DNA from: Candidatus Gottesmanbacteria bacterium RIFCSPLOWO2_01_FULL_42_22
Lineage (GTDB): Bacteria; Patescibacteriota; Microgenomatia; 2-02-FULL-39-11
NCBI GenBank assembly: GCA_001779315.1
Contig: MFJU01000028.1
Span: 614-64,613 of the forward strand
Direction of reading: 5' to 3'
DNA length: 64,000 nucleotides
Program-made: the position numbers and the translations under genes
In this document: in pieces, positions 8,582-17,748 of the stretch
Layout: each line of letters begins with the position of its first letter
Position numbering within the stretch: the stretch's first letter is position 1
Notes under the pieces: model-generated
What the model saw: only the letters and a program-made list of their open reading frames with translations
What the model was told of the DNA's origin: nothing
Databases searched by the model: none

Positions 8582-8701
8582 ATGGCCAAAAGAAAAAATT
8601 CAGAAGATCTATTTAAAAGCCATCCGGAATTAAAATTCCTCTTAGTCGTTTTTTTGGGATTGGTAATAGTCTTCGGAGTAATTATTTTTAAAACAGGTTA
8701 A
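8582..8701 (+). CDS. small membrane peptide (39 aa), putative
   Basis: ATG preceded by a GGCGGTGA SD-like sequence. One TM helix. The stop immediately precedes the next ATG. Below the ORF-track size cutoff. Confidence 0.3.
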   Translation: MAKRKNSEDLFKSHPELKFLLVVFLGLVIVFGVIIFKTG

Positions 8702-9361
8702 ATGGACAGGGATTCCAACTATACCCATTTTGCCATTTTGATACTGCTCTTAGTGATTTCGGTCAATCTGCTAATTATTGACCTGAAAATTTTTTCGCCT
8801 GCAGCCGATTTACGCCTGTCCGAATCAAAGACCGAAGCTGCTCCTGAACAAAACAGAATTGGAATTTTCGATCCCAAACAACAAAACATCAGTTGTCCCA
8901 GCGACTGTCTCTCTTCTATAAAAAGCGCCACCGAAAGCCTGGTATTGCGGACCGGCAATCCTCCCATAACTGCTGAGAACAATTATCAGCCCCAAACTAC
9001 CAAAGAATATTTTATCCCTTTGGGAACCGGCACAACTTCCAAAAACAGCTGGGATAACCTGATTGCCACAGAAACAGTCATCGACACGAGTGTCTACGGC
9101 ACCATCAAAGAAGCTTATTTCATCGCCGGATTGAAAAATCCGACCGGCAACGGACAGGTCGAAGCTCAAATTTATAATGTCACCGACAAAAATCCGGTTT
9201 GGGGCAGTCATGTCATCATGAACGGCCCGACAGAACAAACTATCACTTCCGGAAAAATAGGGCTGGCCAACGGAGGGAAACTTTACCGCGTGCAGCTCAA
9301 AAGCAGTATAGGCTATGAAGTAAATTTGGAAAATGCCAGAATACGAATACTGGCTTACTAA
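8702..9361 (+). CDS. hypothetical secreted/anchored protein
   Basis: N-terminal signal anchor. Followed by palindromic repeat copy 1. Preferred over the antisense ORF 8825..9460. Confidence 0.55.
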   Translation: MDRDSNYTHFAILILLLVISVNLLIIDLKIFSPAADLRLSESKTEAAPEQNRIGIFDPKQQNISCPSDCLSSIKSATESLVLRTGNPPITAENNYQPQTTKEYFIPLGTGTTSKNSWDNLIATETVIDTSVYGTIKEAYFIAGLKNPTGNGQVEAQIYNVTDKNPVWGSHVIMNGPTEQTITSGKIGLANGGKLYRVQLKSSIGYEVNLENARIRILAY

Positions 9362-9364
9362 AAA

Positions 9365-9407
9365 TCCCGGATCGTCATACCTGCGACGATCCCGGATCGT
9401 CAGAGAG
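9365..9407. repeat. 40-bp palindromic repeat, copy 1 (CCCGGATCGTC-loop-GACGATCCCGG-ATCGTCAGAGAG)
   Basis: Same element at 34169..34210 and 47141..47178, same orientation. Confidence 0.8.
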
Positions 9408-9444
9408 TTGACAAGAATATTTTTTTGGGATACGTTGATAATAG

Positions 9445-9627
9445 ATGGCCGGCAAAACATTTAAGCAACATATTTTTTGGGCAACCAGCTTCAATCAAAT
9501 ACTGATTACGGGCTTGTGTTTCCTGTTGGTTTTTGTGGCTTTCCTCTATACCAGCTACTACTCTCCCACCTCCCAAGCAGCCAGTCCCAAGATGCCTTCT
9601 GATATCACCATTCCCTACGGAGACTGA
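9445..9627 (+). CDS. small membrane protein (60 aa), putative
   Basis: One clear TM helix. Confidence 0.35.
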   Translation: MAGKTFKQHIFWATSFNQILITGLCFLLVFVAFLYTSYYSPTSQAASPKMPSDITIPYGD

Positions 9628-9682
9628 AAAACCGCTTTCTCCATTGACAGGCTTTCCGAATTCTTCCTAAAATGAATCAGAG

Positions 9683-10732
9683 ATGGCTTATTTCCGGGCC
9701 TGTTTACTGATTATCCTGTTTTTATTGACATTTCCGCCAAAGATTGCCGGCCAAACTCCCGCCATGCCTCAAATATCCTTTGGCAATCTTTTAGGCACGC
9801 CCAGCCCGGTCAGGAATCTTTCAGTTGAAGAAAGTAAAGCTATACGCGTCAAAAAATTCCTGGAGATTATTTCTGAAAACGGCAAAAAGTCCCTGGCCCA
9901 ATTTGAGAAAAAAAGCAAACTGCCCCAGGTTTCCGGAGAATCAAAAAGCCTTTCCGATAATATCGCTTCCTACCTCATTACACCCGTACCTACCCTCAAT
10001 CCTTATCTTGAGAATATTCTGGCCGAAACGACAGCCAACTCGAATCATATGGGCCTACCTAATTATATTGAGCCAAAATCCATTTATACTATTGCACTCC
10101 TGGGAGACTCCATGACAGATACTTTGGGTAAAGAACTTATACACTTGCGTATTCTGCTTAAGGAAAATTTTCCCGGCAAGCAGTTTTTTCTGCTTAATTA
10201 CGGCCAGGGAGCCACGGATATCGAAAGCGGTTTGAAAAGGCTGACTGAGAGAACCACATATTTAGGAGAGTCCTATGCTCCCCTGGTCGCCTACAAGCCG
10301 GATATTGTGGTGGTAGAATCTTTCGCCTATAACCATTGGGGAGCGGAATTGTCCGACCTCAATAGGCAATGGCTGGCTATCGCCCGCATCATCGAAACCA
10401 TCCGCTCATATTCCCCTGATACCCGGATTATTCTGGCCGCAACAATTTCCCCCAATGCATTTAAATTCGGAGACGGCATCCTCAATTGGTCAAAAGATAT
10501 GAAATGGGACGCCTCAATCACCACCAAAGCCTATCTCTCGAACCTGATTAATTTTGCCACCTCCCAAAACTATCCGCTGGCTGACGCCTATAGTGCCTCT
10601 TTGGGAGCTGACAGCCAGGGGCTTTCCCGGTATATCAATCCTGTCGACAACCTCCATCCTTCCGAAGAAGGCAAGATGCTTTATGCACATAAGATTACAG
10701 AAACAATCAAACTTCACAATCTGATAAGATAA
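9683..10732 (+). CDS. secreted SGNH/GDSL-family hydrolase (esterase/lipase-like)
   Basis: Signal peptide. Block I LLGDSMTD and C-terminal DNLHPS (SGNH Asp-x-x-His). Confidence 0.65.
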   Translation: MAYFRACLLIILFLLTFPPKIAGQTPAMPQISFGNLLGTPSPVRNLSVEESKAIRVKKFLEIISENGKKSLAQFEKKSKLPQVSGESKSLSDNIASYLITPVPTLNPYLENILAETTANSNHMGLPNYIEPKSIYTIALLGDSMTDTLGKELIHLRILLKENFPGKQFFLLNYGQGATDIESGLKRLTERTTYLGESYAPLVAYKPDIVVVESFAYNHWGAELSDLNRQWLAIARIIETIRSYSPDTRIILAATISPNAFKFGDGILNWSKDMKWDASITTKAYLSNLINFATSQNYPLADAYSASLGADSQGLSRYINPVDNLHPSEEGKMLYAHKITETIKLHNLIR

Positions 10733-10736
10733 AGAC

Positions 10737-11504
10737 ATGCTCTGTCCTGATTGCAATCATCTACTGCAGAAACTGTCGGTGACCACCAAAGAGGGAGGAC
10801 GATTTGAAGTGGACCACTGCGGACGCTGCGGCGGCACCTGGTTTGACCCCTATGAAATCAACCGCATCCCATACCATGAAGTGGTTTCCCTGGCTCAATT
10901 GACGGTGCTGCCTCTTAAAAAAACGCCGGTAACCCAAAAACAGTTGTGCCCGCAGGACCATCAGGAGCTTTCTCCCCTGACCGGCGATGCCGTACCCCGC
11001 TCAGTGAAGCTCTTAACCTGCAGGAAATGCTTAGGCATCTGGGCCTCTCAAAAAGACCTCTGGCAATTCAAAAAGCACCAGCAAGACGTCATATCAGCTT
11101 ATGATGAAGGCAATAAATTCTTTCCCAACCTTTCCGTGGTTTTTGTGCCGGCTGTGACACTACTGCTCTTATTAATAACCACATTTACTACCATTTCGGG
11201 GCTGCAGAAACAAAAGGAAGACAGAATCATGGCAGAGGAGATCATCTCCAACCTGTCCCTTTCCAGGATCGCCGACGAATCCCTGGGGGTAACTTTCGAA
11301 ACAGCCGTGTCTGTCACCTCGGAAATATACTTGGGAATATCCGAAACAGCCGTTGTCAGGATACCGGTTTCCCCGCTCCCTTCCGTTTCCCACGCCACCA
11401 TCGTCAGAGGACTAAAAAAAGGACAAACTTATACTTATCAGATTGTCGTGACCGACTCTTCCGGTAAAACCTACCGCAGTCAGTACCAAACCTTCAGATT
11501 CTAA
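10737..11504 (+). CDS. tandem zinc-ribbon membrane protein with a C-terminal beta-rich domain
   Basis: CPDC...CGRCGGTWFD and a second CPQD...CRKCLGIWAS zinc ribbon, then a TM helix. Confidence 0.55.
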   Translation: MLCPDCNHLLQKLSVTTKEGGRFEVDHCGRCGGTWFDPYEINRIPYHEVVSLAQLTVLPLKKTPVTQKQLCPQDHQELSPLTGDAVPRSVKLLTCRKCLGIWASQKDLWQFKKHQQDVISAYDEGNKFFPNLSVVFVPAVTLLLLLITTFTTISGLQKQKEDRIMAEEIISNLSLSRIADESLGVTFETAVSVTSEIYLGISETAVVRIPVSPLPSVSHATIVRGLKKGQTYTYQIVVTDSSGKTYRSQYQTFRF

Positions 11505-11553
11505 ATTCCGACCCTTGACTTCGCAGCATTTTCTAGCTAGCTTAGACAAAGCT

Positions 11554-11784
11554 ATGCAGGTAAATATTTTTGAAGCCAAAACCAATCTCTCCAAACTTCT
11601 CGAACAAGTAGCTGAAGGCAAGGAAGTCGTTATCGCCAAAGCGGGAAAACCTATCGCCAAATTAGTTTCATACAAAGAAATACCTGCTCCCAGGAAATTA
11701 GGATTATGGAAAGGAAAAGTCTGGGTATCCAAAGACTTTGATGAAGAAGAGCCTGAAATAAACAAGCTTTTCTATGGGGAATAA
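11554..11784 (+). CDS. Phd/YefM-family type II antitoxin
   Basis: MQVNIFEAKTNLSKLLEQVAEGKEVVIAKAGKPIAKLV is typical of prevent-host-death antitoxins. The track ORF begins at 11515 but 11554 is the likely start. Confidence 0.7.
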   Translation: MQVNIFEAKTNLSKLLEQVAEGKEVVIAKAGKPIAKLVSYKEIPAPRKLGLWKGKVWVSKDFDEEEPEINKLFYGE

Positions 11785-11914
11785 CAAATATTTATTGGAT
11801 ACCAATATTTTTATCTGGGCAATGGGGAGAGAAGCAGACGACTTCCGCTTAAACTTATTCAACTTCTCCAAAATCCTCAAAATAGCATTTTTGTCAGTCT
11901 TTAGTTTCTGCTGA
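11774..11914 (+). pseudogene. truncated VapC/PIN toxin remnant (46 codons)
   Basis: Start overlaps the Phd stop (ATGGGGAATAA). MGNNKYLLDTNIFIW is the PIN-domain N-terminus including the first catalytic Asp. The ORF stops after 46 aa. Confidence 0.55.
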
Positions 11915-11942
11915 TCATAATATCTGGCGCTATAAAATCAAT

Positions 11943-12614
11943 TTACTCAAAGCCGAAAGGGACAGGCAAACGGAATACTGACCTGTGCAAGACACAACAG
12001 CCGTATTTTCCCAATGCTTTTATATGCAATTTAGTCCCGTATCCTTTATTCCTGCCCCATTTGTAGACCGGGAATTGCTTTGATAAATTTGCCATCAACC
12101 GGTCGCGGTAGACTTTGGCCATAATTGAGGCAGCGGCAATTGAAACTGATTTTTGATCGCCTTTGATAATATTCAGCTGGCGCCTCAATCCCCCGGGCAG
12201 ATGTTTCATCTTGTATCCGTCAATTATTATAAAATAAGACTTCCCATTCATTATTCCTAATTCCGAATTCATAATTCTTATAATTGCCCGCCTCATGGCC
12301 CTACCGGTCGCTCTGACAATGCCAAGAGTATCGATCTCTTCGACGCTTGCCTGCCCGATTGCGCTATTGAAATATTTCGGGATTATTTTCGCCAGAGCGC
12401 GCCGTTTTCCGGCACTCAATCTTTTGGAATCATCAATCCCCAATTTCAATATCGCTTCTTTAGAAGCGGGAGTTTTAATGAAGACCGCTCCGGCCACCAC
12501 CGGCCCTGCCAGGCTCCCCCGACCGACCTCATCCACCCCGACTACCGTCCCGATCCCCTGACGCCAGAATGACTCTTCGAATGAAAAATCCGGGAATTTT
12601 TTCACTACCTGCAT
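11943..12614 (-). CDS. rnhB: ribonuclease HII
   Basis: DEVGRGSLAGPVVAGAV motif and conserved RNase HII body. Confidence 0.85.
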   Translation of the reverse strand: MQVVKKFPDFSFEESFWRQGIGTVVGVDEVGRGSLAGPVVAGAVFIKTPASKEAILKLGIDDSKRLSAGKRRALAKIIPKYFNSAIGQASVEEIDTLGIVRATGRAMRRAIIRIMNSELGIMNGKSYFIIIDGYKMKHLPGGLRRQLNIIKGDQKSVSIAAASIMAKVYRDRLMANLSKQFPVYKWGRNKGYGTKLHIKALGKYGCCVLHRSVFRLPVPFGFE

Positions 12615-12790
12615 TATAACTTTTGTTTTATAATACCCTCAATGAACCGTAAATTGATTAGATTTGTCTTTATCGCTGTTGGTAATAATTGTTGATGCTA
12701 TTCTTTACACAGTTTTATCCCACCAAAAATCCTGAAAAACCGAACATTCTTATCCCTTTATCTCTATTCATTTGATCTCATATTAATGCT

Positions 12791-13192
12791 ATGATACGGG
12801 TATCTATGAATCTTAATGAAAAAGATTTTGAAAAATTAAATAAATTGGGCATAGAATGTCTTATTTTATGCGGATCTCAAGCTCAAAAAGTCGTCAATAA
12901 CAAAAGCGATTACGATTTTTTGGTCCTGGGACCCAAAAATCAAAAAACTTACGACATCTTATATGACATGCTCTCGGAAAAAATTAACAAACTGACTGAT
13001 ATCGATATTGTTTTTGAATCAGCCGCGCCCATGGAGTTTAAACAGCATGCGGCAAAATACGGAATTGTATTATATGAAAAAAGTTCCTCAGTCTTTGCCG
13101 ATTTCAAACAAAAAGTGATGATTGAATATTCAGATTTCGCACCATATAGGGCAATTTTTTCCAATGCTACACTTGCCAGAATTCAGCCATGA
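12791..13192 (+). CDS. minimal nucleotidyltransferase (MNT, MntA-like antitoxin)
   Basis: LCGSQAQKVVNNKSDYDFLVL, the GS-x9-13-DxD NTase motif. 4-bp overlap with the downstream HEPN gene. Confidence 0.65.
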   Translation: MIRVSMNLNEKDFEKLNKLGIECLILCGSQAQKVVNNKSDYDFLVLGPKNQKTYDILYDMLSEKINKLTDIDIVFESAAPMEFKQHAAKYGIVLYEKSSSVFADFKQKVMIEYSDFAPYRAIFSNATLARIQP

Positions 13193-13647
13193 TCAAATTA
13201 AAACTGGAAAAAGATATTATTGTCAAAAGAATGGACGGAATTGAAAGTGAAATTGCCGATCTTAATAAATTAGCTGAAAAAAGCTTGTCTGAATTTACCA
13301 CCGGCGACGGTTGGAAACTGGCACAATTTCATCTTCACAGAGCGCTTGAAGGAGTATTTAATATCGGTTCGCATATCTTATCCAGAATCCCCGGAGCAAC
13401 AGCCACTCAATACAAGGAAATTGCCTTAAAACTGGCTGAATTCCATATTGTGCCCAAAGAATATGCTGAAAAAAAGTTGGTTGAAATGGCCAAATACCGT
13501 AATCGCCTTGTTCATTTTTATGCTGAAGTAAGCCCTGAAGAGCTGTATAAGATCATAAAAGAAAATCTGGGAGATTTTAATATATTTCTTTCATCAGTCA
13601 AAAAAGTTTTAACCGATCCTCAGCAATTTGATCTGGAAGTGGAATAA
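13189..13647 (+). CDS. HEPN-domain protein (HepT/DUF86-like toxin)
   Basis: YRNRLVHFY (R-x4-6-H HEPN motif), translationally coupled to the MNT gene. Confidence 0.6.
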   Translation: MIKLKLEKDIIVKRMDGIESEIADLNKLAEKSLSEFTTGDGWKLAQFHLHRALEGVFNIGSHILSRIPGATATQYKEIALKLAEFHIVPKEYAEKKLVEMAKYRNRLVHFYAEVSPEELYKIIKENLGDFNIFLSSVKKVLTDPQQFDLEVE

Positions 13648-13922
13648 AGAAAAACTCTTTTAACCCGCCAAAAATTCCTGATTTTAATAACTCTTCTTGT
13701 CAAATTATAGGACTTGTTATAAAATACCCCAGGTTATCTAAAATCCCTGATCCTGCCCAAAATTTAATACCGATGTCAAAGTGTGATTTGGGTTATATAC
13801 CATATATAACTACTCTGCCCACCCCGTCTGCCGCAACTCTTCTATTGGAAAAAATTTCCCATAAACTCCACATCTTTATTTTATCTTATAGGACTTTTAT
13901 TCTTATTTGAAACCTGATTTCT

Positions 13923-13998
13923 CCTCGGATACACCTCCGAGGTGACAAAGCAACGACTTTGGCTCCTCGGATGGTGGAGGGATCTGACTCCCCCGAGG
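13923..13998. repeat. two tandem hairpins sharing CTCCTCGGAT...CCGAGGTGA flanks
   Basis: CCTCGG/CCGAGG stems seen directly inside a 1.35-kb ORF-poor region. Confidence 0.5.
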
Positions 13999-14574
13999 TG
14001 AAGGAATCAGAAATTGTTGAGATCGGAAAAGAGGAGGATAAAAAAACTTCCTTCTCTTTCCTGGTCTCTAACTAGGGATCAGAGGACGGGTCCCGGCTGA
14101 ATCCGGATTAACCAAGGCATTCGCGCCTGGAAAATCAGGACCCACAGCCGATGTCCCGTCATGTGTTGTGCTTACAACAGTCCGATCAAAGCATCGGACC
14201 GGTTGTAGCCATCGCACCTTAACAAGTGAATGAAGGAATAATTAATAAGATTTAATTAAGTAATTAAGGGGATTTATTAAGGCAATAGGTAATAGGTACT
14301 AGATAAAAAGAAGTTCTTTGGTTACCTGGTTAGTTACTTGGTTAGTCGGATGGTAGACGGTATGGAGCGAGGTGGAACTTGGCTGATTGGAAAAAAATTC
14401 ATCTCCCCTGCCTGTTAGTAAACAGGATTGCCCTACGTTTGGAGGAACCGGAATTTAGCCTCAGATGAACACAATTTATCATCAGGTAAAAATAGTGTTC
14501 AGTCGATCCTGAGGCTCTGCTCCGGTTTCTCCAGCAATTTGGGAGAATAGAATTTTTTAGAAAAGGAAGGAGAT

Positions 14575-14718
14575 ATGCCAAGAAAAGATCCGGAAGGAAA
14601 GTCAATCAAGGAAGAAAGAAAACGGGAAAAGAGGTATATACCTCCGAAATATCGTCGTCAAGAAAGACAGAAAAAAATAACAAAGAGAGACCAGGAAGAA
14701 AAGGAGACTGAAAAATGA
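14575..14718 (+). CDS. tiny K/R/E-rich ORF (47 aa), doubtful
   Basis: Good SD (GGAAGGAGAT). Sits in a strongly purine-rich tract, so composition alone could create it. Confidence 0.2.
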   Translation: MPRKDPEGKSIKEERKREKRYIPPKYRRQERQKKITKRDQEEKETEK

Positions 14719-14867
14719 GTCCAAAAAATACAGATAAAAGAAAACCGGTCAAACCGGGGTCTCGAAAAGACCGCAAGGGGAGACAAAAAACAGCTGAGGA
14801 AGAAAGACAGCAAAAGGAAAGGGAGGAAAGGAGAAAAAATCCAATCTTACCTATTCGCGGTGAATGA
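14715..14867 (+). CDS. tiny K/R/E-rich ORF (50 aa), doubtful
   Basis: ATGA overlap with the previous tiny ORF; same purine-rich tract. Confidence 0.2.
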   Translation: MSPKNTDKRKPVKPGSRKDRKGRQKTAEEERQQKEREERRKNPILPIRGE

Positions 14868-15020
14868 TTTTTTTTCCGACAAGTCCTGCAATGCAGGACT
14901 TGTCTGGTCTCATTCTTTCATTTCAGGGTAAGGTGTCCCTGAATAACAAAAAAACACCCGGTTACGGATGTGTTTTCCGTAACTGCAACTCCTTTTTAGA
15001 CAGCGCAACAGGAGGTCCCC

Positions 15021-17621
15021 ATGCGCGCGCGTTTCATTTTTATCAGCGCGCTGGGAATCTTTTTCCTTGCGCTGCTGATAATTCTTTCGACAGACACCGC
15101 TTGCGCTGCAAGCGGTCAGCCTGGTCCCTGTTTCCTCTTCCCGGAGGGAACTGACTGGTACCTTGGCGGTCGCGGTTATCACAACGGCTGCGAAGGAACA
15201 AATATCCAGTGTGGACCGATTATGGGTTACGACTATATCGCTCCGTTAGGGACGCCAATATTGGCGCCATTCGACGGAACGGTTACGGCATCATGCCATC
15301 ACGACGGTGTCGGCAACACCGTCTTCAAGATGGTCTCCTCCGATGGTGAATGGGAGTTCGGTTCCCTCCATCAGGAGTGCAAAGTTTCAGGTCCTGTCAA
15401 AGTAAAAGCAGGACAAGTCGTCGCCTACGTCGATAAGATAGGAATGGCGAATGGGATTCCCCATTCGCATGCCTGGTTCCGAAACACCAGGACTGGTCAG
15501 AATACCTCGGATCACGATCAGTTCTGGGATTGTCTCGGCGACGGTCCTCCCCCTCCCGAACCGCCTCCGCCAGGACCCCCGCCAGAGGAAAAAGAATGGT
15601 GGGAAAAAATCATTGATATGATCGAGGAATTCCTTGGGGGAGTGGATCTGTCAAAGATAATCGAGGCGATAAAGAATTGGTTCAATTCGATCCACCAACC
15701 GGGAGAACCGCCGGAACCAACCCCGCCGGAAACCAAGGTCCATAAGTTCTCCATCTCGGCTCAAAAGCCCAGTAACGAAGGTTACCAGCATAACGTCCGG
15801 GCTTTCTTTGCCTGGGTCACCTCCGGGTATGACCTCGGCAAGATGAACGAGATGGACTTGAACAACTTCGAGGGCTCCTGGACTCTCGAAGGTAAGGAGC
15901 GGACAACCATCAACGCTGTCTTCGGTACTGAAAAGTACGAAGAGGGCCAAGGCATGGTTGTTCCTCCGGGCTATAAAATCGGCGATGGCGTCTGTAATGC
16001 CGCCTCGATCACCGCGTTTGTCATGGCTGATGCCGGTGTTCAGGTCGAGTGTGATACACCTGATCATCCGCCGATCCCAGGCGTACCCCAAGAATGGTGG
16101 TGCACGGTCTGCATCCCCAGCCCGACATACGGGCAGTGCCAAGTGCAGGACGTGCATATGGCCAATCTTGGCTACGAGAAAGTAACCCTCCATTGGAAAG
16201 TTACCGGTGACACTCTCAGCATGTGGGTGGAAACCGAAAAACCTCCAACAGGAGGAGGAACCAAAGTCGACTGGTTTAAAATCGGGATCATTATCGGGGT
16301 AGTCTTCCTGATAATATTCCTGGTTAGTCGACGGAAACCGGAGCTAGCCGGCCAGGCTCTTGTCTGGACCCTCGACCACAGAAAGACGGTCAAAGGGATC
16401 CTGCATGAGGCCTTCAAACTGGCCTGGAGTTGGTTCATCGTGGTGATCTCGGTGGCAGTAATCTTTACGCCACAGTTGCGCGAGATCGTGCGCTTGGGAT
16501 TTATCAAGTGGATCGGCGGAGACACGCTGATTCAGAACTGGCAGATAGCAGCTCTGCTGCTTGCCATCTTGGCAAATCTTTTAATACGCGCAAGGGTTGC
16601 CCGTAAACAACCTAAGCCACGAAAAACCGCTCTGGTGCAGCGGCCGGACGGAAAAGTAATTGAAGTAATCCCCCACCGCAGGAAGAGGCGCTGGCGCTGG
16701 CTCTGGCTGGCAGTTGCTGTACTCTTCATCATCAGCCCGCTGGATGGAGATATTCCGGTGGTTGATGCGGTGGCTTTATTGGTGGCGTTGTTCCTCTTCG
16801 CTAGAGGACGCGGCTGGAAATGGCTCGTAATACTTGGAGTCATCATAACCGTAGCCGTCCTTCTGTTTGGAGGATGGTTCAACGCTTTTAACCCCAGCTA
16901 TGTAACTTATACGGGTCTTTACGGGCATCTGGGCCCGGGCGGCTGGGGCAGCCTATCAGAGTACAGCACTCCGGAACAGGCTGTGGAAGCTGTACAAAAG
17001 TACGCAAGTGAAGTGGATGCCTGGAACGGCTCCCGCCTGACTGTCCCGGTGGTTAATCTCGTCGAAAGAAACGAAGACGAGGCAACCATTGAGGCGGTCA
17101 TCAAGGCGTGTCTGCCGGTCCGCTGCATCGTGATGCTGGACATTTCTCCCCAGGAGGATGTCTTGGCAATCATCGAAAAGTGGACTTGGTGGAATAACGT
17201 TTGGTTCGATGTCGATCTCGAGCACCGGCAGGGTCGGGATATCACCGACCTCGAACTGAACTTGTGGAGCGCCAAGTACTTCACCTTGCGGCTCTCCCGC
17301 GGATTGTACCTCCCCGGGGTATTTGCCTTTTATGATTTTCGGAGCAATCCGAAGATCTGGCCGAACAAGGCCGTCATCTGGCGATACCCTAACGGCATCG
17401 TTGTACCCATCTTTGATGGGCACTGCCAGGGGGAACAATCCTGCAAAGAAGTTAAGTACAACGCAACCCGGCTCTTTCTTAAGAACTACGAGAAAGCCCA
17501 AGAGTTCGGGTTGATGGAATTTGTGACCAGGTGGGGCTGCGGCTCCCAGTACGGCGATTGCGGCTTTACTCCGCAGGAGTACTGGCAAGAGTTCAAGCCC
17601 CTGATTTACCTGGCACAGTAA
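15021..17621 (+). CDS. large multi-domain membrane protein with an N-terminal M23 (LytM-type) peptidase domain
   Basis: Signal peptide. GYDYIAPLGTPILAPFDGTV and GMANGIPHSHAWF match M23 motifs. A poly-Pro linker, at least 6 TM helices in the middle, and a large C-terminal domain. Confidence 0.65.
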   Translation: MRARFIFISALGIFFLALLIILSTDTACAASGQPGPCFLFPEGTDWYLGGRGYHNGCEGTNIQCGPIMGYDYIAPLGTPILAPFDGTVTASCHHDGVGNTVFKMVSSDGEWEFGSLHQECKVSGPVKVKAGQVVAYVDKIGMANGIPHSHAWFRNTRTGQNTSDHDQFWDCLGDGPPPPEPPPPGPPPEEKEWWEKIIDMIEEFLGGVDLSKIIEAIKNWFNSIHQPGEPPEPTPPETKVHKFSISAQKPSNEGYQHNVRAFFAWVTSGYDLGKMNEMDLNNFEGSWTLEGKERTTINAVFGTEKYEEGQGMVVPPGYKIGDGVCNAASITAFVMADAGVQVECDTPDHPPIPGVPQEWWCTVCIPSPTYGQCQVQDVHMANLGYEKVTLHWKVTGDTLSMWVETEKPPTGGGTKVDWFKIGIIIGVVFLIIFLVSRRKPELAGQALVWTLDHRKTVKGILHEAFKLAWSWFIVVISVAVIFTPQLREIVRLGFIKWIGGDTLIQNWQIAALLLAILANLLIRARVARKQPKPRKTALVQRPDGKVIEVIPHRRKRRWRWLWLAVAVLFIISPLDGDIPVVDAVALLVALFLFARGRGWKWLVILGVIITVAVLLFGGWFNAFNPSYVTYTGLYGHLGPGGWGSLSEYSTPEQAVEAVQKYASEVDAWNGSRLTVPVVNLVERNEDEATIEAVIKACLPVRCIVMLDISPQEDVLAIIEKWTWWNNVWFDVDLEHRQGRDITDLELNLWSAKYFTLRLSRGLYLPGVFAFYDFRSNPKIWPNKAVIWRYPNGIVVPIFDGHCQGEQSCKEVKYNATRLFLKNYEKAQEFGLMEFVTRWGCGSQYGDCGFTPQEYWQEFKPLIYLAQ

Positions 17622-17748
17622 AAATAAAAAAGAAAGGAGGTGATGCCTGACATCCTTCCGCAGGACCGGACTGCGCGTTCCGATAGACTATCGGAAACTA
17701 ACCGTAATTCCGGAAACGGAATGAGCAATTCCAACTTATTCGGGCAAA

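Noticed and set aside
8825-9460. 211-aa minus-strand ORF
   Set aside because: Antisense to 8702..9361. The + strand gene has a signal anchor, follows a coupled small ORF and is followed by the palindromic repeat.
13650-15020. tmRNA, RNase P RNA or SRP RNA in the long intergenic region (and in 1..470)
   Set aside because: Hallmark motifs are absent: no tRNA-like T-arm with CCA, no GGAAAGTCCGGGCTC / ACAGAACCCGGCTTA P4 strands, and no convincing SRP domain IV. The similarity to the CCAAGGCA motif of 4.5S RNA is too short. Left as unclassified structure.
14864-15182. ORFs 14864..15154(+) and 14910..15182(-)
   Set aside because: They overlap the start of the M23-domain gene in other frames and have low-complexity, Arg/Cys-rich translations typical of out-of-frame reads.
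15518-17588. Several minus-strand ORFs (15518..15754, 15651..16193, 16172..16525, 16532..16882, 16919..17284, 16956..17588)
   Set aside because: All are antisense to the 866-aa M23-domain gene, whose + strand frame is uninterrupted and motif-bearing.
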